NCBI GenBank assembly: GCA_949285455.1
Contig: CASDXP010000003.1
Coordinates: forward strand, 308-64,307
DNA: 64,000 nt
Source: an uncultured bacterium
Lineage (GTDB): Bacteria; Bacillota_I; Bacilli_A; RFN20; CAG-826
Direction: 5' to 3'
Shown: one piece after another, positions 40,999-49,998 of the stretch
Layout of the letters: every line of letters starts with the position of its first letter
Position numbering within the stretch: the stretch's first letter is position 1
Translations under genes and position numbers: made by a program
The notes under the pieces: model-generated
What the model was told of the DNA's origin: nothing
Database searches by the model: none
What the model saw: only the letters and a program-made list of their open reading frames with translations

Positions 40999-41754
40999 TT
41001 AATTCATCAACACAAAATCATCTAAATTAGGTTTTTCTTGGATAGCCACCAATTGTATTTCGATGTCGCTAGAGACATTTCTTTCTGGACTTTGAATTAA
41101 AGAAGACGCAAGCGTCACTAAATTATCTTCGATGAGAATATTATAATAATCTCTTGCTTTTCCATCCGTCAGATCATAAAAGAAATATAAATCCCCACTT
41201 CCCTCGCTCGAAAGATAATAATCTAAGCGATATTGTGGTTTCAATTGTTCTTCTCCGGCTTCCAATAAGACGAAATGTTCTAACATTGGTGCGATAATAT
41301 TTTCAATCGTCGATAAAGTAAATTCTTTTACATTAGAGGCTCCCATATAATTTTCGTAAGTTTTAACATATTCATTAAAATAAGCTTTTGCCTCTTCATT
41401 ATTGCTAAACTCGTAACGATAATAAGTGGCGGTTTTATCGAAACTAATTCTTGCATCGTAAAACACATTGTTTTCGACGTAGAACCATATTTCTTCAATA
41501 TCGCTCGAAACTTGCGTTAAGTTATAGTAATAATAGTTATTAAAGTCGAACACTTCATTTGTTACAATTTGATAATTATTTTCGCTCGTAGTCAATTTAG
41601 AAGTGAAGGAAGGACTAACGTAAAGTGGGTTATTTAAATGCGCCTTTATATTTTCTAAAACGCGCATCATCTCACTGGCGGGTTCGCCAGTCGAAGGATG
41701 ACAAGCACTTAGAAGAAGTAAAGGAAGTAAAGTTAAGGATAAATATTTTTTCAT
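40999..41754 (-). CDS. Hypothetical lipoprotein (array paralog 4)
   Basis: Lipobox LSAC and family motifs WFYVE, SSEGSGDL, PNLDDF. Confidence 0.75.
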   Translation of the reverse strand: MKKYLSLTLLPLLLLSACHPSTGEPASEMMRVLENIKAHLNNPLYVSPSFTSKLTTSENNYQIVTNEVFDFNNYYYYNLTQVSSDIEEIWFYVENNVFYDARISFDKTATYYRYEFSNNEEAKAYFNEYVKTYENYMGASNVKEFTLSTIENIIAPMLEHFVLLEAGEEQLKPQYRLDYYLSSEGSGDLYFFYDLTDGKARDYYNILIEDNLVTLASSLIQSPERNVSSDIEIQLVAIQEKPNLDDFVLMN

Positions 41755-43121
41755 AATTCACTCACTTTCTCATACGCACTTAAATCAGGATAAATTAAAT
41801 CGAATGCACCAACTTCAATAATTGATTCGTTAACGTAATTAGAGTCATTAACTATCATCGTCTGATGAACGTAAGCTAAATAGTTATTTTCAAGTTCGAT
41901 ATGCATCACTAAGTCATTAGAGGTATCTTCATAAATTAAATTAAGATAGCCTTCGCCACGCGAAGTTAAACTAGATGCACTTTCTAATAAATTACGCATC
42001 GAAGCGATAGTCATTAACGTCAAAGTATTTAAATTGTAACTAGTTTTGCCCTGCGTTACACTTTCTAATTCTAAGATATAAGTATCAAATAATGCTCTTG
42101 CATCTTCAACACTCGCACACTCAGTCAAAGTGTAAGTATTATCTTTTATTTGTACAAAGTTTTTTCCTTCGACGTAAGCATAAGTTAGGCTAGAATCTAA
42201 ACCTGTTCTTTCTTCGTAGAAGTAATAATTATCTAAATCGATCTTTTGATTTTGTGTCGTTATATCTTCGCCTAGCTTCACGAAAATATAATTCGTGTAA
42301 GCTGGTCTAGAAGTCATTCCATTTAGATAAGCTTCCATCGCATCTAATAACGCATTTGCCTTACTTACAGTAATCGGCTCTTCGATGATAAATTCTTTAA
42401 CATCCGGATATTCAAGCGGGACACCTAAAGTGAAAATTTCACTCATCTCATAATAATTATCTTCTTCATCTTGGATGATGAGACTATATTCTCTTAAATA
42501 ATATTCGTTGAAGACGATATTAATTTCATCGCTAACGCCATCGTTCATTTCCTTATATTTTAAAGAAAAATTTCCATGTTCATCAAAAGATGTTGAATAA
42601 GATAATTCTTCTAAGGCTTCATAATCACTATTATTATCATTTTCAAAATCGATAATATTATTGACGATGCTTCTTGCTTCTGTTAACGCTAATTTAGAAG
42701 CATCGACCCACGATTGTTTATAAGTTTCATCGAGCGAATCCATATAGGCCATAAATTTCGCTTGCGCGCTACTGACGTCTTCTAAATACTCGACTGCCCC
42801 GGTTTTTTCACCCACCACGTCAATTAAATAATAAACATTCATCTCATCGACGTAGACCCATAGTTCATTTTCGATGATATTAGAGCTTTCTTTCCTCATA
42901 TGAAAATAGAAATTAGAAGGATCATAACTTAATAAAATTTTACTTTCCTTTCCTTCTTCTTCAACGATAATATTTCTTGTAAAAAGAGGACTAGAAGAAA
43001 CCTTAGTAAGGTAATTTTCAATATTATCTAACGCTAGTAAAGTATCTTCCGCTGAAGGAATAGGTAAACAAGATGATAACATTAACGTCGATAACAAGAG
43101 TGGTATACATATTTTTTTCAT
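41751..43121 (-). CDS. Hypothetical lipoprotein with two tandem copies of the array domain (paralog 3)
   Basis: Lipobox LSSC. Motifs occur twice: WVYVD...YPDVKEF and YAYVE...TSRGEGYL...YPDLSAY. Confidence 0.75.
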   Translation of the reverse strand: MKKICIPLLLSTLMLSSCLPIPSAEDTLLALDNIENYLTKVSSSPLFTRNIIVEEEGKESKILLSYDPSNFYFHMRKESSNIIENELWVYVDEMNVYYLIDVVGEKTGAVEYLEDVSSAQAKFMAYMDSLDETYKQSWVDASKLALTEARSIVNNIIDFENDNNSDYEALEELSYSTSFDEHGNFSLKYKEMNDGVSDEINIVFNEYYLREYSLIIQDEEDNYYEMSEIFTLGVPLEYPDVKEFIIEEPITVSKANALLDAMEAYLNGMTSRPAYTNYIFVKLGEDITTQNQKIDLDNYYFYEERTGLDSSLTYAYVEGKNFVQIKDNTYTLTECASVEDARALFDTYILELESVTQGKTSYNLNTLTLMTIASMRNLLESASSLTSRGEGYLNLIYEDTSNDLVMHIELENNYLAYVHQTMIVNDSNYVNESIIEVGAFDLIYPDLSAYEKVSEL

Positions 43122-43171
43122 ACTTAAATCATCCTTAAAAAAAGACTACTCCATTATAAACTAAACCTAGA

Positions 43172-43208
43172 TAAAAATAAACGTAGCGAGCTCATAGCCC
43201 GCTACGCT
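43172..43208 (-). terminator. Intrinsic terminator after lipoprotein 43236-43988
   Basis: Minus-strand hairpin CGTAGCGGGC-tatga-GCTCGCTACG followed by TTTATTTTT. Confidence 0.7.
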
Positions 43209-43235
43209 AAATAGAAGGAGATTTTTAAAATTAAA

Positions 43236-43988
43236 TTATGCGCCAGTCACTAAAGTATAATCACTTAAATCTGGAATATTACGCGAAATACTTCTCACTT
43301 GGATATCGACGATTGAATCCATACTTTGCTCACCTTGCTTGGCACTAACTTTCATATGCGTAAGCCAGTAATTATCGATCCTAACTTCAACGGCTTCAGA
43401 TTCTCCGCCTTGACTCATGCTAAAAGAAATAGATAAATTACCATCGCCACTCGAACCAAGATGATAAGAGATATTTATCCCTTCTGGAACTTGTCCTTCG
43501 CCAGATTCAAGTAACATACAAGTTGGTAAAATTGAAGCACCTACTTCAAGACCAGATTGAGTTAAAGCCACTAAACTCCCGCCTCCACCATTTGATTCAA
43601 TGTAATCGATATACATATCAAAATTAGCTTGAGCTTCTTCTACACTCGCGCCTTCAGTAACCATATATTGTTTTTCACCTGCCAAATTTGAAACTACATA
43701 GAAATCCGTATCATCGACGTAGATCCAGCTTTCAGATGTCGCACCATCTGAAGTTGCTTTTTGATGAATATAATAATTTGCTAAATCTACATCCACTTCA
43801 GATTTTATCGGTGATGAACCAACCGTATTAGTTTCAATATCTCCGTGATAAGCTGTTTCTTCTGCGGTCGTTAAATGAGTAGCGATATCATTAGCGATTT
43901 CCCACGCATCGGCTGCTTTAATACCAGTTCCGCCACAAGATACGAGTGCGAAAGCAGGTAATAAGGCTAATAGAGAGATTTTCTTCAT
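43236..43988 (-). CDS. Hypothetical lipoprotein (array paralog 2)
   Basis: GGAGG SD, lipobox LVSC, motifs WIYVD, SSGDGNL, IPDLSDY. Confidence 0.8.
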   Translation of the reverse strand: MKKISLLALLPAFALVSCGGTGIKAADAWEIANDIATHLTTAEETAYHGDIETNTVGSSPIKSEVDVDLANYYIHQKATSDGATSESWIYVDDTDFYVVSNLAGEKQYMVTEGASVEEAQANFDMYIDYIESNGGGGSLVALTQSGLEVGASILPTCMLLESGEGQVPEGINISYHLGSSGDGNLSISFSMSQGGESEAVEVRIDNYWLTHMKVSAKQGEQSMDSIVDIQVRSISRNIPDLSDYTLVTGA

Positions 43989-44094
43989 AAACTTTTTTGC
44001 CTCCGAATCTTTCTAAATAAAGTATGAATAACATCAAAATTAAAATCAAGCAATTTTAAGTAATAAAATAATTAAATTTTTAACAACTAGACTA

Positions 44095-44830
44095 TTAATT
44101 GTTAACAATTACATAATTGGATAAATTTGGATAAATTAATTGTGGATTTTCTAGGCTGACACTCATTTCATACACTTCATTATGCGTCTTATCTTTAAAT
44201 TCTTGTTTACAATGAGAGACGTAATATTTATCGAAACTACGAACATATTTTTCTTTTTCTTCGCTCGGAGTAACAATTTCGTAACTGATACCTAAATTAC
44301 CTTCACCATTCGAAGTAATAGAATAATGAAAATCATATCCATCCGTATAAGTTATATCACCTGCTTCATAAACTTCTAATTCATCTAATAAAGAGGTAAC
44401 TTCATCGATGAATACTTTCGTTCTAGCCGCTAAGGAAGAATTGGTGAAATATGTATTAAAGTATTGAATAAACATCGCTTCCGCTTCTTCATCGTTTGTA
44501 ACTTCGATCACTTGATAGGCTCCATTTTCGCCATTTGCTTCCACGAGGTATAAGTTAAGATCTTGAACATACAAACATACATCGATAACTTCATCATTCG
44601 TAGGATTTTGATTGTAGGCATATAAATTAACGAAATCGAACGCCCCTTTTACATCTAGGACATTAACGTCATTAGCGTTACTAGTCATAGAATAAGTATA
44701 AGCAGGATTTTCAGTTGCTGTAAGAATGTAATTATCAATATCTTTAGCAATCCTATTAGCCTCACTCGCGCTGATAGAAGTTCCATCACAAGACGCTAAC
44801 GATAAAGTAGGCGCTAATATTCTTTTTCAT
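44095..44830 (-). pseudogene. Frameshifted lipoprotein (array paralog 1)
   Basis: The ATG at 44830 (GGGGAG SD) is one base out of frame with the open frame KRILAPTLSLASCDGTSISASEANRIAKDI. That frame aligns with paralog 2 and continues into ORF 44095-44688 (TSNGEGNL, YPNLSNY). Confidence 0.75.
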
Positions 44831-44889
44831 ATGCGAACTCCCCATAAATTCATTTTGCAAAAAAATATTTTTTGACACATGTAACATCA

Positions 44890-44931
44890 TAAAACTTACT
44901 TATGCAATTTTTCGTAGGTAAGTTTTGAATA
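44890..44931. repeat. 42-bp direct repeat, copy 1 (imperfect palindrome)
   Basis: TAAAACTTACTTATGCAATTTTTCGTAGGTAAGTTTTGAATA, identical to 46314-46355. Confidence 0.95.
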
Positions 44932-44953
44932 TTGAATACTTTCGTGTTAAAAT
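44925..44953 (+). promoter_or_regulatory. Leaderless sigma-A promoter (TTGAAT-17-TAAAAT, with extended -10 TG) of the DUF3990 cassette
   Basis: The -35 lies inside the 42-bp repeat. The extended -10 ends 6 nt before ATG 44960 and there is no SD. Confidence 0.6.
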
Positions 44954-44959
44954 GTAACC

Positions 44960-45811
44960 ATGTTAGGAAAATTTGAACTAAAAAAAGACGTCGAAAGAGC
45001 GTGCGAAATATTAAAACTAAGCGAAGCTAGCTTTGCTGATTTAGCGAACATTAACCTTCGTACTTTACAATATAATTACGAAGATAGTAATAACAATGAA
45101 GTCTTAGAAAAAGTTTATTCTACTATCTACCGCGCTCGTATTCGTCTAAATAAAATTAAATCTGAACTCTATTTTGAAAATTTAAATAAAGACGAATATT
45201 TATTGTTTCATGGCTCAAAAAACGGTATTGAAAAAATAGATGAAAGCGGCTCTAGATATAATTCTGATTTCGGTAACGGCTTTTATTGTTCTACATCATA
45301 TCAATCTAGCCTTGCGTTCATCGAAATGAACGAAAGTCCTTCGATTTATGTTTTCACTTTGGATAAAAAAGATTTGTCTATCATCGAAATAAAACCTTCT
45401 CGAGAATGGATGCTAATTGTTTGCTATTTTCGCGGAATGATCGATCAATATGCAACTCATCCTCTAATGCAAAAATGTTTGAATATGTTAAAAAATAAAG
45501 ATGTCATAATTGCTCCGATTGCGGACAATCGCATGTTCCAAATAATGCGTGATTTTGGAGAAGGTAATATTACAGATCAACAAGCAATTCATGCTCTATC
45601 AGCGAGCAGATTAGGAAATCAATACGTCTTTAAAACTAAAAAAGCTATCGATAAGTTAAAATTTATAGAAAGACTTTATGTTTCAAATTCAGAAAGAAAA
45701 AATTCATTTGAAAATACCGAAGAAAGAAAAGTTGAAATAGATAATAAATTAAAACTATCTAAACGTGAATTTAGAAATGAAGGAAAATATATTGATGAGG
45801 TGTTCGAATGA
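44960..45811 (+). CDS. DUF3990 (ADP-ribosyltransferase-like) putative toxin with N-terminal HTH-like region
   Basis: LFHGS, SDFGNGFYCS, EWMLIVCYFR, DVIIAPIADNRMF and LGNQYVFKTKKA match DUF3990 as I recall it. The N-terminus LSEASFADLANINLRTL is XRE-HTH-like. Confidence 0.75.
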   Translation: MLGKFELKKDVERACEILKLSEASFADLANINLRTLQYNYEDSNNNEVLEKVYSTIYRARIRLNKIKSELYFENLNKDEYLLFHGSKNGIEKIDESGSRYNSDFGNGFYCSTSYQSSLAFIEMNESPSIYVFTLDKKDLSIIEIKPSREWMLIVCYFRGMIDQYATHPLMQKCLNMLKNKDVIIAPIADNRMFQIMRDFGEGNITDQQAIHALSASRLGNQYVFKTKKAIDKLKFIERLYVSNSERKNSFENTEERKVEIDNKLKLSKREFRNEGKYIDEVFE

Positions 45812-46308
45812 AGAAACTTGATAACGATGGTTTAAAACTTTGTGCTTACCAAGCTCAAATTTTTGAAGTTTCTCCCGCTAAATTTCAAGGTTCGAGCAAA
45901 ATTTTCTTACGCCGCTTCTACCGTAGCAAATTTGCGATGAAATTAGATGAAGGTTATCTTAGTCAACTTAACCTTAGTGTCGATGAAGCTTTCGAAAGCA
46001 TCGAAAAACAATTTGGAAAGACAAATTATGGCCAAGTAAAATATGATAAAAATGAGCTTTATTGGATTGGCTATATCACAAGATATATATGTTATACAAG
46101 AGAGGTAAGTTCTATATTCGTCTACAAAACTTTTCCTACCCAATTACTGCTCGATTGTTATAAAGGTTATCATAGTCAAGGTGAAGAATGGGTCATCGCT
46201 CATCTCTTAGAAACTTTACAATTAGATGAATCTTATTTCGATATTAATGTGAGATTAAAAAATCTTCTAAGAACAGAAACGAAGAAAAGCGAAGAAAAAA
46301 CCATTTAA
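45808..46308 (+). CDS. Putative antitoxin partner of the DUF3990 protein
   Basis: ATGA overlap with the upstream gene. LCAYQAQIFE, SKIFLRRFYRS, LYWIGYITRY and YHS resemble the helical family usually found next to DUF3990. Confidence 0.6.
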   Translation: MKKLDNDGLKLCAYQAQIFEVSPAKFQGSSKIFLRRFYRSKFAMKLDEGYLSQLNLSVDEAFESIEKQFGKTNYGQVKYDKNELYWIGYITRYICYTREVSSIFVYKTFPTQLLLDCYKGYHSQGEEWVIAHLLETLQLDESYFDINVRLKNLLRTETKKSEEKTI

Positions 46309-46313
46309 ATATT

Positions 46314-46355
46314 TAAAACTTACTTATGCAATTTTTCGTAGGTAAGTTTTGAATA
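46314..46355. repeat. 42-bp direct repeat, copy 2
   Basis: Exact copy of 44890-44931 in the same orientation, starting 5 nt after the stop codon of the putative antitoxin. Confidence 0.95.
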
Positions 46356-46360
46356 AAAAG

Positions 46361-46382
46361 AAAAAGGGCAAGAAGCCCTTTT
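46361..46382. terminator. Bidirectional intrinsic terminator
   Basis: AAAAAGGGC-aagaa-GCCCTTTT between convergent units (end of the alpha operon versus the cassette). Confidence 0.75.
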
Positions 46383-46411
46383 ATAATAAATTAAGATTTA
46401 ATGAATAATAA

Positions 46412-46645
46412 TTAGTCGATCCAAAGAACTTTGTTGTAGATGACCATCGTAACGATATCGATAATCCAGACGATGAAGAAAACGAAGAATAGTAATATTG
46501 CAAGAACAGTATGCAACATATTTTCTTTTAAGACTGAACGAGCGATACGATAGACGATCCAAATAATGTTCACAATTGGAATGATCGCTAAGATAATTTT
46601 GACAACGCGAGATTGGTTGTCGAGCATGTTCACTAAATTTTTCAT
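46412..46645 (-). CDS. Small two-TM hypothetical membrane protein
   Basis: 77 aa with two hydrophobic helices, 22 nt downstream of rplQ and upstream of the terminator. Confidence 0.7.
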   Translation of the reverse strand: MKNLVNMLDNQSRVVKIILAIIPIVNIIWIVYRIARSVLKENMLHTVLAILLFFVFFIVWIIDIVTMVIYNKVLWID

Positions 46646-46667
46646 CCTTACTTTTTTTATCCTTTCC

Positions 46668-47063
46668 TTATTCGACGAAACTCACGACGCTCATGGGAGC
46701 GTTATCGCCGCGACGCGCCGCTAAATCTAAAGCACGCGTATAACCGCCGTTACGATCTTTGAAACGTGGACCTAACACGTCGAATAATTTGTCGATAGCT
46801 TTCGTCTCACCCACTTTTTGATCGGTGAGGATACTAAGTGCTCTTCTACGGCTCGCTAAGGTGTTAGCCTTGGCTAAGGTGATGAGCTTATCAGCTAAAG
46901 GAATTAAATCTTTCGCCACTGCTTTTGTCACTTTGACTTGATCAAATAAGACGAGATGGGTGACCGTATTACGAAGCATCATTTTACGTTTGCTAGAGGT
47001 GTAAGCCGCTTTGAAGCGCACACCAGTTTTTCCATGTACGTTTTTACGTCCTTGTGCTGGCAT
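46668..47063 (-). CDS. rplQ: 50S ribosomal protein L17
   Basis: RKMMLRN, KLITLAK, RFKDRNGGYTR, RRGDNAPM. Confidence 0.97.
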   Translation of the reverse strand: MPAQGRKNVHGKTGVRFKAAYTSSKRKMMLRNTVTHLVLFDQVKVTKAVAKDLIPLADKLITLAKANTLASRRRALSILTDQKVGETKAIDKLFDVLGPRFKDRNGGYTRALDLAARRGDNAPMSVVSFVE

Positions 47064-47078
47064 ATGTATTAACCTCCT

Positions 47079-48074
47079 TTAATCAATGTTCGGTCCGTGT
47101 TCTAAGAAACTAAGACCTCTTTCTTCAAGTTTATCTTTCACTTCTTTAAGTGATTTCTTTCCTAAGTTACGCACTTTCATCATCTCATCTTCCGTCTTTT
47201 GAATAAGTTCACCAACGGTCGTGATACCGGCACGTTTTAAGCAGTTGAAGGAACGGACGGAAAGATCTAAATCTTCGACTGGAGTGTCTTCAAATTTATT
47301 TTCTTCCACCGGCGCTTCTTCTTTGTACATATTCATATCTTGTGCGATATCGCTAAGACGAGCAAAATGTTCTAAGTGAGTAATTAAGATTTGAGCCGCT
47401 AAAGAGACAGCATTTTCGGGTTCAATTGAACCATTCGTCCATACTTCTAACACCAATTTTTCAAATTTAGAAGAATTGCCGACACGTGTTTGTTCACTCG
47501 TCCAATTAACTTTTTCAATTGGAGAATAATTCGAATCGGTGGCAATTAAGCCGATATGTTTAGGATCGTTTGGACCAGCAATGTTATTATCGCTTGTGAC
47601 GTAACCACGATAATTTCTTGCATACATCGTCATGTTGATGCTACCTTCCGCAGCGAGATGACAAATTTCAAGTTCTGGGTTGATGATCGTTACATCGGCT
47701 GGACATTTAATATCGCCCGCTTTGACCACTCCACCATTTTTAGAAGAAACTTCTAAGGTGAGTTTACGTTGACTCGAATCATTAATATCAGCGATGTCGA
47801 TGACGAGTTGTTTCAAATTGAGAATGATTTCGGTGACGTCTTCGACGATGCCAGGTAAAGAAGAGAATTCATGCTTCACTCCTTCGATTTCGATAGCGAA
47901 GATGCTCGCGCCTGGTAAAGCGGATAATAAGACTCTTCTTAAAGCATTACCGATCGTCGTCGCAAAGCCTCTTTCTAAAGGTTCGAAGACGAAACGACCA
48001 TAATGATCGTTTTCATCAATCTTGGCCACTTTGAAGGCCATCTTTTCAAAAGGATTAACTAATTTGTGTTCCAT
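47079..48074 (-). CDS. rpoA: DNA-directed RNA polymerase alpha subunit
   Basis: [46 protein letters not shown]. Confidence 0.99.
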   Translation of the reverse strand: MEHKLVNPFEKMAFKVAKIDENDHYGRFVFEPLERGFATTIGNALRRVLLSALPGASIFAIEIEGVKHEFSSLPGIVEDVTEIILNLKQLVIDIADINDSSQRKLTLEVSSKNGGVVKAGDIKCPADVTIINPELEICHLAAEGSINMTMYARNYRGYVTSDNNIAGPNDPKHIGLIATDSNYSPIEKVNWTSEQTRVGNSSKFEKLVLEVWTNGSIEPENAVSLAAQILITHLEHFARLSDIAQDMNMYKEEAPVEENKFEDTPVEDLDLSVRSFNCLKRAGITTVGELIQKTEDEMMKVRNLGKKSLKEVKDKLEERGLSFLEHGPNID

Positions 48075-48095
48075 CTCATTACTCCTTTCTTATCT

Positions 48096-48482
48096 CTAGC
48101 CTTTTGGCTTCTTGGGTGGACGGCAACCATTGTGTGGAATGGGTGTCGAATCTTGAATAGATAAAATTTCAAGACCAGCATTCGCTAAGGAGCGCACCGC
48201 ACTTTCACGGCCTGGGCCTGGACCTTTGACGTCGACATCGACCGTTCTAATACCTTGATCATAAGCTTTCTTCGCTGCGGCTTCGCTAGCGAGTTGAGCA
48301 GCATAAGGAGTAGATTTTCTTGCTCCTTTGAAGCCGAGCACACCAGCGCTAGACCAAGTTAAGACGTTACCTTGTTCGTCACTGATAGCGACGATAGTGT
48401 TATTGAAGGTCGCATGAATATGAGCGACGCCCTTAGTAAATGTGCGTTTAATTTTTTTCTTACGAGTTACTTTTGTAGCCAT
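48096..48482 (-). CDS. rpsK: 30S ribosomal protein S11
   Basis: [34 protein letters not shown]. Confidence 0.99.
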   Translation of the reverse strand: MATKVTRKKKIKRTFTKGVAHIHATFNNTIVAISDEQGNVLTWSSAGVLGFKGARKSTPYAAQLASEAAAKKAYDQGIRTVDVDVKGPGPGRESAVRSLANAGLEILSIQDSTPIPHNGCRPPKKPKG

Positions 48483-48497
48483 AAAATTAACACCTCA

Positions 48498-48872
48498 CTA
48501 TGCGGTCGCTTTCTTCTTATTAGCGATCGTTTTCTTCTTACCTTTACGTGTACGAGCGTTCGTACGTGTTCTTTGACCACGCACTGGTAAGCCACGACGA
48601 TGTCTCATACCGCGGTAACAGCCAATTTCTTGTAAAGTTTTGATGTTGAGCGCCACGTCACGACGTAAATCACCTTCGACTTTATATTTGGCAATTTCTT
48701 GACGGATGCGGACGAATTCATCGTCAGTTAAATCTTTGACGCGTTTGTCTTCGCTGACGTTCGCGTCTTTTAAAATCTTTTTCGCTGTCGTATTTCCAAT
48801 ACCATAAATGTAAGTAAGAGAAATGACGACTCTTTTTTCATCTGGAATATCAACACCAACGATACGTGCCAT
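48498..48872 (-). CDS. rpsM: 30S ribosomal protein S13
   Basis: [36 protein letters not shown]. Confidence 0.99.
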   Translation of the reverse strand: MARIVGVDIPDEKRVVISLTYIYGIGNTTAKKILKDANVSEDKRVKDLTDDEFVRIRQEIAKYKVEGDLRRDVALNIKTLQEIGCYRGMRHRRGLPVRGQRTRTNARTRKGKKKTIANKKKATA

Positions 48873-48885
48873 ATTCTTTTTCCTC

Positions 48886-49023
<138 letters not shown>

Positions 49024-49242
49024 CTATTTGTACCTAAATGTGATGCGGCCCCGTGTTAAATCGTAAGGCGAGATTTCTATCGCAACTCTGTCACCTGGTA
49101 GGATGCGAATGAAGTTCATTCGGATTTTACCAGAAACGTGGGCCATGATTACGATGCCGTTATCAAGGCGAACTTTGAACACTGCGTTCGGTAAGTTCTC
49201 CAAAACGACCGCCTGTGTTTCGATGACGTCATTCTTGGCCAT
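49024..49242 (-). CDS. infA: Translation initiation factor IF-1
   Basis: [42 protein letters not shown]. Confidence 0.98.
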   Translation of the reverse strand: MAKNDVIETQAVVLENLPNAVFKVRLDNGIVIMAHVSGKIRMNFIRILPGDRVAIEISPYDLTRGRITFRYK

Positions 49243-49996
49243 GTTCGTCCTCCATAGTAAGAATTTTTGCGCCATCCGCAGTCACTACGACTGTGTTCTC
49301 GTAGTGTGCTGTGGCTAATTTATCTCTCATCTTAATCGTCCAGCCATCACCTAAGACTTTGTATTCGCTTGAGCCTAGACAAATCATCGGTTCGATAGCT
49401 AAAGTCATACCTTCGCGTAATTTCACGCCTGTACCCGCCACTCCTTGATTAGGAATGTAAGGGTCTTCATGGAAGGAAAGGCCTACCCCATGACCCGTAA
49501 AATCTTTAGGCGAAGAATAACCGAATTTTTTATAATAACTTTCGATCGCGTGAGAGATATCACCGACGTGATTACCAGGTTTGACTTGGGCTAAACCTTG
49601 AAAAAATGCTTCCTTAGTCACTTCCACTAATCGCTTAATTTCTTCTTTCACTTCCCCGACTAGATAAGTTCTAGCCGCGTCCGCGATATAGCCTTTCTTC
49701 GTCACCCCTAAATCGACGCTTACGACGTCACCAGCTCTCAAGATTTCTTTACGCGAAGGAATACCATGAATTAAAGTATCGTTCACACTTACGCACACAG
49801 CGCCAGGAAATCCTTCGTAATTTAAGCAAGTGGGGTAAGCATCGTGAGAGCGAATGATCTCTTCGCAAAATTTAGAGATATCATAAGTCGAGATACCCGG
49901 CTTGATGAATGTCTCTAAACCTTTGAATACTTTAGCGATGATCAAACCCGCTTCGTGGATAAGTTCCACTTCGCGGGGAGATTTGATGATGATCAT
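49229..49996 (-). CDS. map: Methionine aminopeptidase type I
   Basis: [34 protein letters not shown]. Confidence 0.97.
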   Translation of the reverse strand: MIIIKSPREVELIHEAGLIIAKVFKGLETFIKPGISTYDISKFCEEIIRSHDAYPTCLNYEGFPGAVCVSVNDTLIHGIPSRKEILRAGDVVSVDLGVTKKGYIADAARTYLVGEVKEEIKRLVEVTKEAFFQGLAQVKPGNHVGDISHAIESYYKKFGYSSPKDFTGHGVGLSFHEDPYIPNQGVAGTGVKLREGMTLAIEPMICLGSSEYKVLGDGWTIKMRDKLATAHYENTVVVTADGAKILTMEDEHGQE

Positions 49997-49998
49997 TC

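Noticed and set aside
44891-44926. Chromosomal dif site
   Set aside because: The geometry is 14-8-14 rather than 11-6-11, resemblance to known dif sequences is only vague, and there are two copies beside the ribosomal superoperon.
44890-46355. 42-bp repeats as a CRISPR array or IS ends
   Set aside because: There are only two copies separated by about 1.4 kb of genes, in direct orientation, with no cas or transposase gene.
48074-48096. Absence of rpsD from the alpha operon
   Set aside because: This is normal for Bacilli, where rpsD is encoded elsewhere.
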